Shown piece by piece: positions 1 to 12,218 of a stretch of 40,732 nucleotides of DNA; position 1 is the stretch's first letter, and each line of letters starts with the position of its first letter. The DNA is taken from assembly GCF_001194135.2 (NCBI RefSeq), contig NC_068988.1, positions 19,932,225 through 19,972,956 of the forward strand, given 5' to 3'. The notes beneath the pieces were generated by a model. It was not told the DNA's origin. It made no database searches and saw only the letters and a program-made list of their open reading frames with translations. The DNA is from Octopus bimaculoides. Lineage: Eukaryota. A program made the position numbers and the translations under genes.

Positions 1-104
1 GTAAACATAAGAGCACCACAGCAAACCACAGCACATACCCAAGGCGCACGGAGCTGCGCTCGGTAGTGAAGTGAAAGCACGTTATAAAAATAAAACTACT
101 GAAC

Positions 105-167
<63 letters not shown>
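1..167 (+). mobile_element. 3' UTR of a non-LTR retrotransposon (probably R4/Dong-like) running into an (AAT)n tail or target; continues beyond the window start
   Basis: Unique sequence ...gagctgcgctcggtagtgaagtgaaagcacgttataaaaataaaactactgaac runs directly into about 21 AAT units (105-167). It matches my recollection of an octopus LINE 3' end; R4/Dong elements are known to target TAA repeats. No ORF lies inside the window. Confidence 0.55.
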
Positions 168-169
<2 letters not shown>

Positions 170-204
170 TAGCAACAACTAAAACAACAATAATAATGAT
201 AATG

Positions 205-402
205 ATCGATTCCATTTTCAGTTCAACGGCAGTAGTTTTCAGGGCAAGATTTTAGTCGATTCATTGAACAAAGCATTCATTGAACCAACTGGTGCTTTAT
301 CTTATCGACTCTGGAGAGATGAATTTCAAAGTTATCTTTGGAGAAATTTGAAATTAAGGAATATTTTGCAAGACATCTTGTCCAATGCCAAACTATTCTG
401 CC
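205..402 (-). mobile_element. Degenerate SINE, family A (core gttctgagttcaaattcc...ctttcatcctttcggggtcgataaa)
   Basis: The reverse complement of caactggtgctttatcttatcgactctggagagatgaatttcaaagttatctttggagaaatttgaaattaagg aligns with the plus-strand copies at 6567, 28875 and 29903. Confidence 0.6.
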
Positions 403-1457
403 TAATACTCGTAAAATAGCTAAAATGCGACCGATCTTTCTGGACGGATTTTAGTTGATAACAGCTGTTCGACATGTCAGCTCTACAAGTTAGTAATTCT
501 CGGTTACAGCACGAGAGTATGAATAACAGTTTGGTTGGTCTGTGACCAACTCAGGTTGGACTCCCGGGATGGCAGCAATTATCACCAAACTAAGGAACAT
601 GCTTTCAAATCAATATACTGCTATCAAATATTAATTGCGTTCCTGACTGAACTGATTCGGCCAATTGCTCGATGAACCGATTTGGACTGAGAATTCTGAG
701 TTACAACATACGCCTCAGAGCATCATGTCTCAGAATTTTAATAATGTCACCAATTTCCGTATTTTCGTCTCCTGGAGAGCATTAAAGAAATGGCAGCAAA
801 GAGAATCTTCAAATACGGCATTTTCTGTTATAATTACGTCTTATTAACATAAAATAATTATTTCAGTAGCGATAAATTGTATACGCTTCGGTTTATTTAA
901 TCTAAATACTGGACATTTTATGCTTCAGGAGTTTCAATTATTAATTTTATATTTTCAAATCGAGTCTAATGACTGAAAACTCATTTGTATAATATAGCAT
1001 CGCAATATGATGATTTAGTATATATATATAAGGTAAATTGAATTCTTTTTTTTTTTTTTTTGGTATTGCTAATTCTTCATTACACGTGTTTCATTTGGTA
1101 ATAGAAGTTTAAAAGTTTAAAGAATTTCTTATCAGAAACTTGTCAGACAAAGTAAATTTTTTAACTGTAACTATGGATAAATATTGATTGTAATAATACG
1201 ATATGCAGATATCTTGGTATATACACATTCCCACTCTCAAACACACTCAGCAGAACTCCAATCCAAGGACAACATCTCGCACTAAATACTAATGTTCACA
1301 GTGAAAAATAGTGTTTAACAAATCAGATTTCCGAAAAGAATGTAGGTGAATAAATAACCTATAAACGAATCTAGTGATACTATCAAGAGAATAAATTACC
1401 CAAGAAGAACCTCTAAGTATAAATATATCTCATGTTATAACATATATATATTTTAGC

Positions 1458-1603
1458 CTTCTCTCTCACTCCGTCTGTCTGTCTCTCTCTCCTTCTTTCT
1501 CTCTCTCCTTTCTCTCTCTCCTTCTCTCTTTCTCCTTATATANNNNNNNNNNNNNNNNNNNNNNNNNNNNNNNNNNNNNNNNNNNNNNNNNNNNNNNNNN
1601 NNN

Positions 1604-1648
<45 letters not shown>
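1458..1648. repeat. (TC)/(CTTT) low-complexity tract and (AT)n flanking N-gap 1543-1603
   Basis: Read directly. Confidence 0.9.
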
Positions 1649-1649
<1 letters not shown>

Positions 1650-1659
1650 TTATTTATAG

Positions 1660-1696
1660 TTTCAGCTTAGAGCTGCGGCCATGCTGATGCACCGCC
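1660..1696 (-). mobile_element. 3'-terminal fragment of SINE family B
   Basis: tttcagcttagagctgcggccatgctgatgcaccgcc aligns with tttcagtcatttgactgcggccatgcttcagcaccgcc at 30368-30405. Confidence 0.65.
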
Positions 1697-2509
1697 ATAC
1701 ATATATATACTTATGCATATATTAACATATTATGTCGTATCATATGTGTTTGTGTGTGTGTCTTTCTGTGTTTACACACACTCACACACATATACAGAAA
1801 TATATGTATGTGTATAATTATTCGTTTGACGTGAGCATTTAACAAATTAAAATTTCTCACCCTTTTTGATGATTTAAATCGAATTCTCTATTTCTTTATT
1901 TATTCAATCTATTTACTTAAATATTTATTTAGTTCCATATGCTTTTGTAAAATGCATTTAAATAATTGGATAACATATCTTTATTTGTATGTCGGCTTAT
2001 TTCATGTAAGACATAACGTGATTAGTAGAAAGTAGTGGTTAATCTAATATCATAGCGTTGTGTTCACTTCAGTATTCAGTTAGTATGCTTTAATCGTGAC
2101 GGATGTCATCATGCGTTTTCTTAAACTAGTGGCATGGCTCTTGTTTCTTTTGTTCATATTTGTAATAATTGAAAACTAAAATCACCCGTTACGTCGAAAC
2201 AATTGAAATTACATTGCTAGTTTATGTAATTGATTATTTACAATATATTTTGCCTNNNNNNNNNNNNNNNNNNNNNNNNNNNNNNNNNNNNNNNNNNNNN
2301 NNNNNNNNNNNNNNNNNNNNNNNNNNNNNNNNNNNNNNNNNNNNNNNNNNNNNNNNNNNNNNNNNNNNNNNNNNNNNNNNNNNNNNNNNNNNNNNNNNNN
2401 NNNNNNNNNNNNNNNNNNNNNNNNNNNNNNNNNNNNNNNNNNNNNNNNNNNNNNNNNNNNNNNNNNNNNNNNNNNNNNNNNNNNNNNNNNNNNNNNNNNN
2501 NNNNNNNNN

Positions 2510-2548
<39 letters not shown>

Positions 2549-2740
2549 GTATGTATATATGCATGTATGTATATATGTATATGTATACACATATATATGT
2601 GTGTGCGTGTCTGCGTGAATGTATGTGTGTGTACATGCATAGTTGCATATGCACATATTTAGATATATATTTATACGTATATACATATATATTGACAACG
2701 CGTATTTGGACACACATACAGACACAAACAGACACACGCA

Positions 2741-2791
<51 letters not shown>

Positions 2792-2890
2792 GCACATATA
2801 TATGTGTATGTATATGTGTGTGTTTGTGTGTGTGCGTGTTTGTGTTCGTGTATACAGACAGAGAGAGCGAGAAAAAGAGAGAGAGAGAAA
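2510..2890. repeat. Compound microsatellite (TA)/(TATG)/(CA)/(TG)/(GA) next to N-gap 2256-2509
   Basis: Read directly; explains ORF-track entries between 2169 and 2960. Confidence 0.95.
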
Positions 2891-3780
2891 CTGAACATTG
2901 TTGCTTATATAAACTTATATTGAATATAGAACCAAGTTCAGTACTGTTATAACATAGCAAGATTTTTTCCCATTATTTCTACTGTCTATTTGCTGGTTAA
3001 TATATATTTCAAATGTTATTACTAGATATTTACTTCATCAAATCATATTAGTTGATTTTATATCAGTCAAGTACTCTCTCCACTGACACAAACTATATTG
3101 AATCTTTAACTATTTTTATGTAGTTTTTATTTTTAAATACACTTCCAAGCGACTTAGAAGTCATGAAGAAGTTTAAACTGAAATCAAATTCATAAGTAAA
3201 TTAGATTTTCAATAAATCGACAAAAGTGTTTCAATTTCTTTCATTCATAGTCAGGTTGTATCTGGTTAGGATCAACTCAACATCTGCCAGTCGTACAAAT
3301 ATTCTATTGTATGTCTAGGTATTATCTTCAACTAATAGCCAACGGCTATTCATAGTCCAATACGTCGGTGAATCGTGATTTCCTGATTCAGAATGGGGTT
3401 AAATTATTTCATGTAATATACAACGTTGTCTCTTTCTCTTGGCCTCTGATTTTTTAACTGCTAGAATGCCGCAGTTTAAGTTAGGAAAAACATCTTTATA
3501 TACATTCAATATGAAATTGTGAATTTAAGTTCCACTGGCCTCAATCTTAATTTTCTCCTTCGATAATGAAATCATTTATAATTCGATTGCCAATCTATGA
3601 TAAGGTGCCGGTAGAAAGGTTACAATATCGCACCGGTGACTTGAGCTCTGAGTTCAAATTTCATTTAACTAAATCAGCCATCTGCTTCAACATCACTTTG
3701 ATTTTGGAGGCCCTTAGCTTAATCTATTTTCCTCCATATTAAGGAAAGCGAAAGGGTTAGTAAATACGTTACACAGAATA

Positions 3781-3826
3781 TATAATTTTCTCTATAATTA
3801 TCTCTATAAAATTCTCTATAATTTTC
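3781..3826. repeat. Short 12-bp tandem repeat, about 4 copies (TATAATTTTCTC-like)
   Basis: tataattttctc tataattatctc tataaaattctc tataattttc. Confidence 0.8.
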
Positions 3827-5022
3827 GTTTTATCCTTAACATCGTATATTGATTACATAGTTTCAATTTGCTACCGGAAATACGAAATTAGGAATGGTGG
3901 AGTATATGACTGAACATTATGTTAAATATAACAAAGTATTTGTAAATAGTATTTTTAAAAAATCATAAATACATTTTTCGAATTACATGAATTGGAAGTT
4001 AATGCAGAGTTTACACGGTTCGTTCTCAAGATTAACACCCGAATCTTGTACGGTTTGAGTTTGTCCATCATACTTAAGTGGATTTTAAAATTAAAATAAT
4101 TATAAATATAGGGCTTTGTATTTTTATTTGCAATATTATTATATTCAAAGAGAATATTTTACTACATCCTTTAATATTCAAAACATACACAATATCATTA
4201 TTGTTATGTGATTCTTGCCATGAAACAACTCACCAACACAACTCAGTCTTTCACGCACAGATATGAAATTTCCTCACACATCGCCCTCTGCGCCGTTTAT
4301 CATGGCCTCTGGTACTCGGAATTGTTTTCTCTTCTACTGTATACACCGAAGGCCATACGACAAAACCCTGACCCATCCAGTCACCTGTAGTTTATTCAAT
4401 CCACTTCTTGGCCATGCCGGAATCATTTGCCGCCAATTCGTTATTCCTCAAAAAGTGTTTCCTTTCGAATTCCAAATCTTATGATTTTTCTTGCAATCAC
4501 AGTGTTGTTATTCAAAATTACATATACCATATGCTTTCACCATGTTCAATAATGGCCATGGGCATATTCCCTTCCTCAATACAAAACCATAAACATAATT
4601 ATTTACCTTATTTTATGGTTAATATCGGTATAACAAATATCTCCAAGCTACTACAGAATTCTCGTAAAGTTTTTTGTCCTTTTTATAACATCATTGTTCC
4701 ATTTAACATTCTCGATCATTGCTTTCATTATATACATGCTGTTATTAATTTACATCATTAGAATGAAATGAAATTAAATAATTCATGACATACTAAGAAT
4801 ACTATCAGCTATCAGCGTTTGCAAATCTCTAGGTGTGTACATGATTCATTTTTTTTTAATGTAGGTGTGTAAATATTCATACACTTACGAGTATGTGTTT
4901 GACTGACAGTGCTAGCACGTACCTGTTTGTATAGGTGTGTGGGCGCCTGCATTTATCTTAATGTCAGTGTATATGAGCATAGGAAGTGCTCACATGGGAA
5001 GAGACTATGAGATTACATACAT

Positions 5023-5114
5023 ACGTGTGCGTGTGTGTGTGTATGTGCGTGTGCGCGTGTGTGTTTGTATGTGTGTGTGTGTGTGTCTGTGTGCGTGTGT
5101 GTGTGTATACGTGT
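5023..5114. repeat. Imperfect (GT)n microsatellite
   Basis: Read directly. Confidence 0.9.
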
Positions 5115-6132
5115 GTTTAATTAAGCGTGCTCTAGTCTATATTTGTTGTGGGATTTATCAGCTATTAAGCTTGAATTTAACACAAAGGAATTAAAATTCC
5201 ATTAAATTTGAATGAAACCGTGTTCAATTAAAGTTTAATTATGTTTAATTATTTTACCATTTGCGTTCAATTATGTTTTGATTTCATTTGTAACTGTTGC
5301 TGTCTTTTTTTTTTTTATGAATCACTTATTGTTTTGTTATTGTGATTGCTTTACTGATGATGGTACTACAGTTGTTGATGTTCGTGTCGGTGACGGTTCT
5401 GTTGGCGGTGTTGATGGCCTAATGTTGCAGACTTTCATTTCAGTATTGTTTATTGTTTCTATTCTTTCTGTTTTACTAACTCTTATGAAGGAAAGATATA
5501 AGATGAACTGTGGCGTGATATTTAATATTCTCTATTTTTTTTCCTTGCAGTTCATTGAAGTGTAGTGTTGTGTTGTTTTGCAGTGTAGTATTCTTACACA
5601 GTTTAACACATTAGTGTAGTCAAAAATTCTTTCAATATTTTCATGCTTCAAGTAGTACAGATTATTCTAATCTTTAAAAACAGTGATTATTTCAACATAA
5701 CAATATTGAACGTTTGATTTGTTTGTTAATTTATGCAGTAGAAATTTATTCTTTTGGCCTAATCCTATGTGGAAAAAATTAGAAATATCTCTTGGTTTTA
5801 TTACACGTTATCGTGTTTATATGTTTGAAGATGTTGCTGCTGTAATTGTTTTCTTCGGAGGTGTTGCCCTATTGCTCTATAACCCACGGTATGCTCTGAT
5901 CAATCAAATCAAAGCAAAAGTCTTTTTCTCAGATATCGTGTACCCGAAACAGTATTTTTTAAAATTCAGCCATCATGTGACAACACGGTAATGTGTGATT
6001 TGCATTAATAAAGTTGTTACTTCTAGCAGTTGCAGTTTCCAGGTATAGAATATTTGTGTATAGTTTAGAGGCGTAAATATTGTATAATATAATTTAGTTC
6101 AATGCGAGGCAATATTAAGTATTTAAAGCTTC

Positions 6133-6166
6133 TAGAAACGTTAGCACACCGGGCGAAATGCTTAGC
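6133..6166 (+). mobile_element. 5' fragment of SINE family A
   Basis: agaaacgttagcacaccgggcgaaatgcttagc aligns with agagtcgttagcacgctgggaagaatgtttatc at 29914-29946. Confidence 0.55.
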
Positions 6167-6511
6167 ACTGTGCATTATTTTCTGTTGGTGGGAGTGCAGA
6201 AACTCTACACGGTATTCTATTGTTATTCTTCCACTCATTAGGTGTGGTGCAATCTTGTGTTGTATTACTCCTTGTACTGTGTGTTGAGTGTGTAATGCGT
6301 TTCTTTTATGACTTGTTGGTGGAAGTTTATTTCATTGGGTAATTACTGTATAGAGTGTGTCTTGTGTTTATGCGTTCTCTTGTTTAAGTTCTATTATTGA
6401 ATTCATAGTGTCCTGCGTAGGATGTGAACTCTTCCTAGCAGAGCTATTTCTTGGATAGTGTGTAGTGTTGAGGGTTCAGGTGTAGCTTCTACGTTTTTTT
6501 TTCATTTATTG

Positions 6512-6566
<55 letters not shown>
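6512..6566. repeat. (ATT)n microsatellite
   Basis: About 18 perfect units, immediately followed by a family A SINE. Confidence 0.97.
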
Positions 6567-6567
<1 letters not shown>

Positions 6568-6770
6568 GTTGGTGGGCGCATCTGGCAACATAAGTTGCGA
6601 TATTTCTTCGATTCCTTAGAATGTGAATTCAAATTCCGTCAGAACTAACTTTGTTTTTATCCTTTCGGGGTCGATAAAACGTATACCAGTCGCACACTGA
6701 GGCCGATTTAATACACTAGCCGCGTTTTCTCACAATTTCAGACGTTGTTCCTACAGTAGAAACAATTATC
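6567..6770 (+). mobile_element. SINE family A, near full length, diverged
   Basis: B-box-like gaattcaaattcc, then ctttgtttttatcctttcggggtcgataaaacgtataccagtcgcacactgaggccgat, shared with the other family A copies in the window. Confidence 0.7.
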
Positions 6771-9004
6771 GCTGGTGCTGTACTTGGGTTGAATGTTGAC
6801 TGTTTTCGTAGGAAATACATGGTTTCGTTTTATTCTTGATATTTTGTTAAATAACGAGCCTTACTTCATTGTGTGATGAGGAGGAGAGCAGCAAATTTGT
6901 GCTTTAAGAGCACCTCTTATTGAAAACAAAATTGATATTTAAATCATGACAACACCGAATCGCATGTCACTAAAATGTATGCAATAGCAGGAGGGAAAAT
7001 GATATATCTAACTCTGAGCAGTTATGACAACGACAACACCAAGATTAACTTCGAAACAACAGTAGCAGCGGTATGAAATGGCGTATGTAATAAAGAAATA
7101 TGAAAGAAAGAGTTAGTTGCCATTACCGGCAGTAACAATGCTAGAAGCATTAGTTGCACAAAGAAACCGAATGCAATTGTCCCCGAAATAAACAGCAGCA
7201 ATGGGATGAATTTATCCACATCCAAAGCAATTGTAGTAAAAAACAATAATAACAGCCATGACGAAAGTTTAGAATCAGCAGAAAATAAATCATTAGCAAG
7301 AAAGACAGCATCAATAGCAAGACGTCCTTGACTGGAGTAGACTCCACAGGCAACCTATACACTTTATCCCGAGAAGAACAAACGGGCGGAATTATAACTT
7401 GAGTGGTAAAAGGCAGAGTATACACCTCAACCTGAAACTCAAGCCGCAAATGCTCCAAAGACTGTCGTCGTCCGGACACGACCCCTCTGGAAGAGTGCTC
7501 TCAGAAACGTAATGAAAACTTCTTTGTGGATGAGTAACAGTGGATGAATTATGATTGACAGAAGCAGAGTGTAGCATCGTAGCTATGGTTATTTTATTTC
7601 ATAATCGAATAATTTATGATCCAGCACTTTATACCTTACACGGACGCTTGACCTGATAAAACGTTGCGGTTTAATAGCCTTCATACGTCTCCCTAATCTC
7701 TCAGCTAAATGGAACACATCGAAGAATATAGTTTTTGGTGTAATAAATGTGAAAACAAAAAGACGCCTTAAATGTAATTACTCTTAGCATAGATTTTCTC
7801 AATTAGAGTTGTAGCAAAACTTAACAACGAATCGACATTCGTCTGACTCGGCTAACAATAGCTGTAATATATATACTTTACGTATGATAGTGCTATAGAT
7901 TTAGAACTAAATGTCAGAATTTGGCAACGTTTAACGGTACATTATTATTGCATACTTACGCATAAAAAACAGAGGATTTACAGGTGTTATCACATTAATA
8001 ATTTCCAAAATAACTTAAATGAAATCTTTCCCACTGGGAATACAAACCGCTATTTCAAGTCATCTACATAGATTTCCATTTAATAAGAAACTACTTAAAG
8101 AACAAATATTCAAAGACACAAAGGCAAGCTGGTCTGTTTGTCGTTATCTTTCTGCAGCGCAATAATTCTCTTACTTCATCTCAATTGACTCTCTATATAT
8201 TCCTTTCTCTGACTCTCTTTCTATGCAAGCAATTGCTTATGTTCTTATACATATACATAAAGAGATACATGCACATATTCTTACATTCATACCATTTATC
8301 TTATCACAATTATTTACTGACAGGCGTGTGTTCATGCGTGTGTTTCTCTCTCTCTCTCTATATATATATATAAAGATGTGCATGTATATGTATTTGAGTA
8401 GGTAAATGTGCATATAGATTACTTTTTGAGATTACTATATTTGATTAATATGAGAGTAGTGTAGCGTTAGATGGCAATAATGGAGTACTTGTTACAGAAT
8501 TTAATTATAGAACATAGTTCCATCCCGAGTGGAAACTATTTAAGAGCAACGCTAATGAAGCTATGTAACAAACAGTATAAATGAACACATATAATAATGA
8601 CGACAACAAAACAAACGTTAACACAGCTTGCAATGAGTAATGAAACGGGGAACAAGTAAAAACAAAGATATTAATAAGAACAGATGATATTTTTGGTACT
8701 GTTGTTATTTCTGCTGTTCCAAAGACAGAAATAATCGTAATATCAATGAGAACAAGCGAGATAAAACAAGTCAACTATGGTAGCCGTTACATTTACTGAT
8801 GATCAGTAAATGTATGCCGAACAAATTGCTATCTTTAATGACATCAAGACGGTTTTAAAGTTTTTGAACTTGTCCAACCCCTGAGATAGGAAGCACTACA
8901 TAGATGCAAACGGTGATTTATCTTATTGATGAAAAAATAAAGGAGTATGATAGATTGTTAGATTCCTTTGTGAGTCACCTGAAGAAATGATCTGCTTCTT
9001 CACG

Positions 9005-9160
9005 ATCTACGTTCAAATCTTTCGGAGGTCATCTGTGTCTTCTCATCCTTAGAAAATTTATGAATTTTAAATAGCAATCGAGTACTACTGTATCAATGTT
9101 ATCAACTAATACCTTCTCTTGAAAAAGATTGCTGGCCTCAGCTCCTAAGTAGAAACCAAT
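9005..9160 (+). mobile_element. SINE family A, highly diverged (B box to 3' end)
   Basis: gttcaaatctttcggaggtcatctgtgtcttctcatcctt ... gattgctggcctcagctcctaagtagaaacca parallels 28875-29022 (aaattgctggtcttgtaccgaagtttgtaacca). Confidence 0.5.
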
Positions 9161-9522
9161 AGAAAGTCATATTCTTGATTGCGAACCAAGGCTGTCACTA
9201 CTACCACACAAACTTGATGATTGCATTAACTCACGGAATTACTAGCTTTATCACAATGAACATATAATATTCTGTTATTATAATAATGCAAAATTGTAAA
9301 AATTTCAAGTAATAAAACGTGAAAATCAGACCGGGTTGGAATTTCATTTCTAGATGTTTTCTATACACAATCAGGCAAGCTCGAACATATGCATGCACAC
9401 CTTTCAATACAATGTATGCCAGAAGGTTTGTAAATCTAACAGAGGCCTCAAAAGTCATTTTAAGATCCACAAAAATCAGAAATTATCTGCAGCTCTTAGT
9501 GATCCAAATCGGATATATAATT

Positions 9523-9620
9523 TATGAGGGTGTATTTTCAAAACGTTGTCAGGCTTAAAAAGTGACATCAGATATTATGATAGTTCTAAGGTTTAGGTAG
9601 AGGAGGTGGTCAAACTCTGC
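9523..9620 (+). mobile_element. Possible Tc1/mariner-type terminal fragment
   Basis: TA+TGAGGGTGTATTTTCAAAACGTT resembles mariner TIRs of the TACGAGGG...TCAAAAAGT type (recalled). No partner TIR found. Confidence 0.3.
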
Positions 9621-9638
9621 ATAAGAAGTAAACAAACA

Positions 9639-9639
<1 letters not shown>

Positions 9640-9689
<50 letters not shown>

Positions 9690-9690
9690 G

Positions 9691-9743
<53 letters not shown>

Positions 9744-9758
9744 TACACATACGTATAT
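9640..9758. repeat. (CA)n-(AT)n-(CA)n compound microsatellite
   Basis: Read directly. Confidence 0.95.
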
Positions 9759-9770
9759 ACTTTTTCATTA

Positions 9771-9809
9771 GTTTCAGCTCAAGTGCAGTGGCCATGCTGG
9801 GGCACTGCC
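9771..9809 (-). mobile_element. 3'-terminal fragment of SINE family B
   Basis: gtttcagctcaagtgcagtggccatgctggggcactgcc aligns with 17588-17624 and 30367-30405. Confidence 0.6.
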
Positions 9810-10196
9810 AACTGGTGTTGCTGCACCTTCCTTATTGATCCTTCTTTAACTTCTTCAATGGTTGGCATTTGATGAATGAAGTAGTTTGATGCTGTTGTCC
9901 TTATTCCCACTTTTTACCGTGAACTTAGCCCATCTGGGATTTGACCTCAGGTGACCCAATTTAGTTTTGAAAACATCTGATCCAGACCATGTAGACCGCT
10001 CGCTTCTTTCATGAGAATATTAACGAGCTGTGTGTCATTGCCTCCAAAGATAATGGGGTATCTGGTCATGTATGTTGACGGTAGGGTAGGGACTTTAGGC
10101 TCTATGTGAAGACGCACTCTTCTTGTGTAGATTTCAAAGCCAAAATTGGATCTTCCAGATGTCTAACGATGCATATCTTTCCATCTTTCTCTAGGA

Positions 10197-10314
10197 CACT
10201 ATTCGAAAACTTTTTAGCTTTCCGCAACCCTTAAAATAAATTATGTGTCATGGAACCCCTGCACTAAATAAATTATATACCATATCTTTCATATCTCTTC
10301 ACTGTACTGCACGT

Positions 10315-10361
<47 letters not shown>

Positions 10362-10562
10362 TATAATATACTTTTTTATAACGTAATAGGTTAGACAGGA
10401 TAATGTCTATATTACAATATCACAATAACCAATAATATGTGCATGTATTGTAACATTAGGATGATTAAATTATCATTAGCTTATCTCTCTCTTTCTCGCG
10501 GAAATCCTAGGAACCTTTTGCGGAACCTCAGGGTTCAGGGGAATCCCGGTTGAGAAACGTCG
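10197..10562. mobile_element. Degenerate non-autonomous hAT (Charlie-like) element / MITE containing an internal (AT)n (10319-10358)
   Basis: Right end gcggaacctcagggttcaggggaatcccggttgagaaacgtcg resembles hAT ends (...GGTTGAGAAACACTG, recalled). Left end cactattcgaaaactttt. Flanks are CTCTAGGA (10189-10196) and ATCTAGGG (10563-10570), 6/8 identical with a TCTAG core. Confidence 0.5.
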
Positions 10563-11906
10563 ATCTAGGGAGTAAAGACTTAACCTCTTCAGTCTTTTCC
10601 AGTAGGTAATTAGCTGCATTGAGTCTCTAGCTTCGCTGGACTGCTTGGAGTTGTGCTACTCATTTCACAGTGTGGTGATCATATTTGAGTACAATATTTA
10701 AAATGGCTTAGGATAAAATCCCTCCAGATGCCCATCATGGTTTCCTGCTTCTCTCTCTCTTCCTCTCCCTCTCACTCTCTTTTCTCTCTTTCTCCCCCTT
10801 CGCTCTCTTACAACGTTCTAAGAACCTTTCTGGTCAGCCTCCTAGATTTTATTTCGATATCTGTTTATGGAAAGATGCATCACTACTCATGTGAATGCCC
10901 AGGTCTCGCACTATCCCACATACAATTCTAGTCAGACTGAGACAATTCATTCTCTTCTATTAGTATAACTTTTTTTTTATTTTCAGAATAGGCTCGCGGA
11001 AACATTTGTCGATGTACAGAATCTGGACTTATCTCTCTTTTGTTTTGCATTTTTTCTTCAAATGCTTTCCTCCAGTAATTCTGCTTTTATTTGAAATATC
11101 TTATTAAATAACGAGTTTCTTTTCGAATCGATTCTGTTTTTCGTATTCTTCTGTTATCAGATTACAATAAATACGTCTCTGGACTGATATTCAGCCTTCA
11201 CATTCTGACTTTGCTTTCTACTACTTTACAGACCTCTCATCTCACTTTTTTTAAAAGTATATTAAGTTATCACATTTTAATGAAGCATCCCTAAAGTCTG
11301 AACCGGTTTTTTAGGACACATTGTCTTATCGTAAGAGGAAGGCTATGAAACCTGTAAAAGTTTTAGTTTGATAATAATTTTTGGCCACTCTATTTTACAA
11401 CTTTACGTGGATTAATACATGTATGTTGCTTTGCAAGTTTAGTTTTCTTTTTTGTTATTGTTTTAATTTAGCACTTATACTGAGCAGATCTATCATCAAC
11501 AGTGTTCAAATAGCCACTGCCTAGCGTTGTTCCCTCAGCAGTGTGGCCCGTGCTACGTTGTCCAATAACGGGTTCAGCTTGAAAGAGATTTTGCTCGTAC
11601 ATCTAGTGGCTCAAAACATTTGCAGGTTCACTCCAATGAAGAATTCAGAAAGCATTTGCAAATATCCCTCATATTTAATTTTCTTATCTAGTAAAACTTC
11701 CCGAAAAAATTGCTGTCTTGTTATTATATCGTGAATAGTATTGATAACCTACTGGTGACAGAGCTAACTGTTAAGGAAGGTATAATGGTCGGCAATCAAT
11801 GAATATTATACGTTCCTACTCGTTTATCAGACTCAAATATATATTAATGGATAATATAAATTATTCCGTACTCATGTGTGGTTGAATTTTACATATCAAC
11901 ATAATA

Positions 11907-12218
11907 GGATCACTCCGTCGTTTACGACGACGAGAGTCCCAGCTGATACGAACAACGGAACAGCTTGCTTGTGAAAGTGGCTGAGCACTCCACAGACACG
12001 TGTACCCTTCTCGTAGCTATCAGGGAGATTCAGCGTGACACAGTGTGACAAGGCTGGTCCTTTGAAATACAGGTACTACTCATTTTTGCTAGCTGAGTGG
12101 ATCGAAGCAACGTGAAATAAAGTGTTTTGCTCAAGGACACAACGCGTCGCTGGGAATTGAACTCACGACTTTACGATCGTGAGTCGAATGCCCTAATCAC
12201 TAAGCCACACGCCTTCAC
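11907..12218 (-). mobile_element. Full-length tRNA-derived SINE, family C (head H1 + tail T1)
   Basis: Minus strand has A box TGGCTTAGTGA and B box GTTCAATTC. The 3' half (11911-12075) aligns with 31175-31350, including 35 bp of perfect identity. Flanking TCAACATAATA (11896-11906) and TCAAGATAATA (12219-12229) form a TSD with one mismatch. Confidence 0.9.

Noticed and set aside
2169-2960. ORFs of 143-240 aa
   Set aside because: Made of N-runs and dinucleotide repeats (YIYI, CVCV, HTHT); not coding.
4200-4760. Higher-GC stretch with short ORFs; minus frame DLEFERKHFLRNNELAANDSGMAKKWIE*TTGDWMGQGFVVWPSVYTVEEK...
   Set aside because: Frequent stops in all frames, no recognisable motif and no clear splice sites. 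It may be an old TE remnant, but I cannot support that.
5719-5991. 90-aa ORF with a hydrophobic stretch and a possible donor (ACG|GTAATG)
   Set aside because: Non-ATG start in the track, no matching acceptor and no homology recognised; hydrophobicity is expected from T-rich DNA.
10972-11077. Strong acceptor (ttttttttattttcag) followed by a 29-codon frame
   Set aside because: Such acceptors are common in T-rich DNA; no upstream exon and no recognisable peptide.
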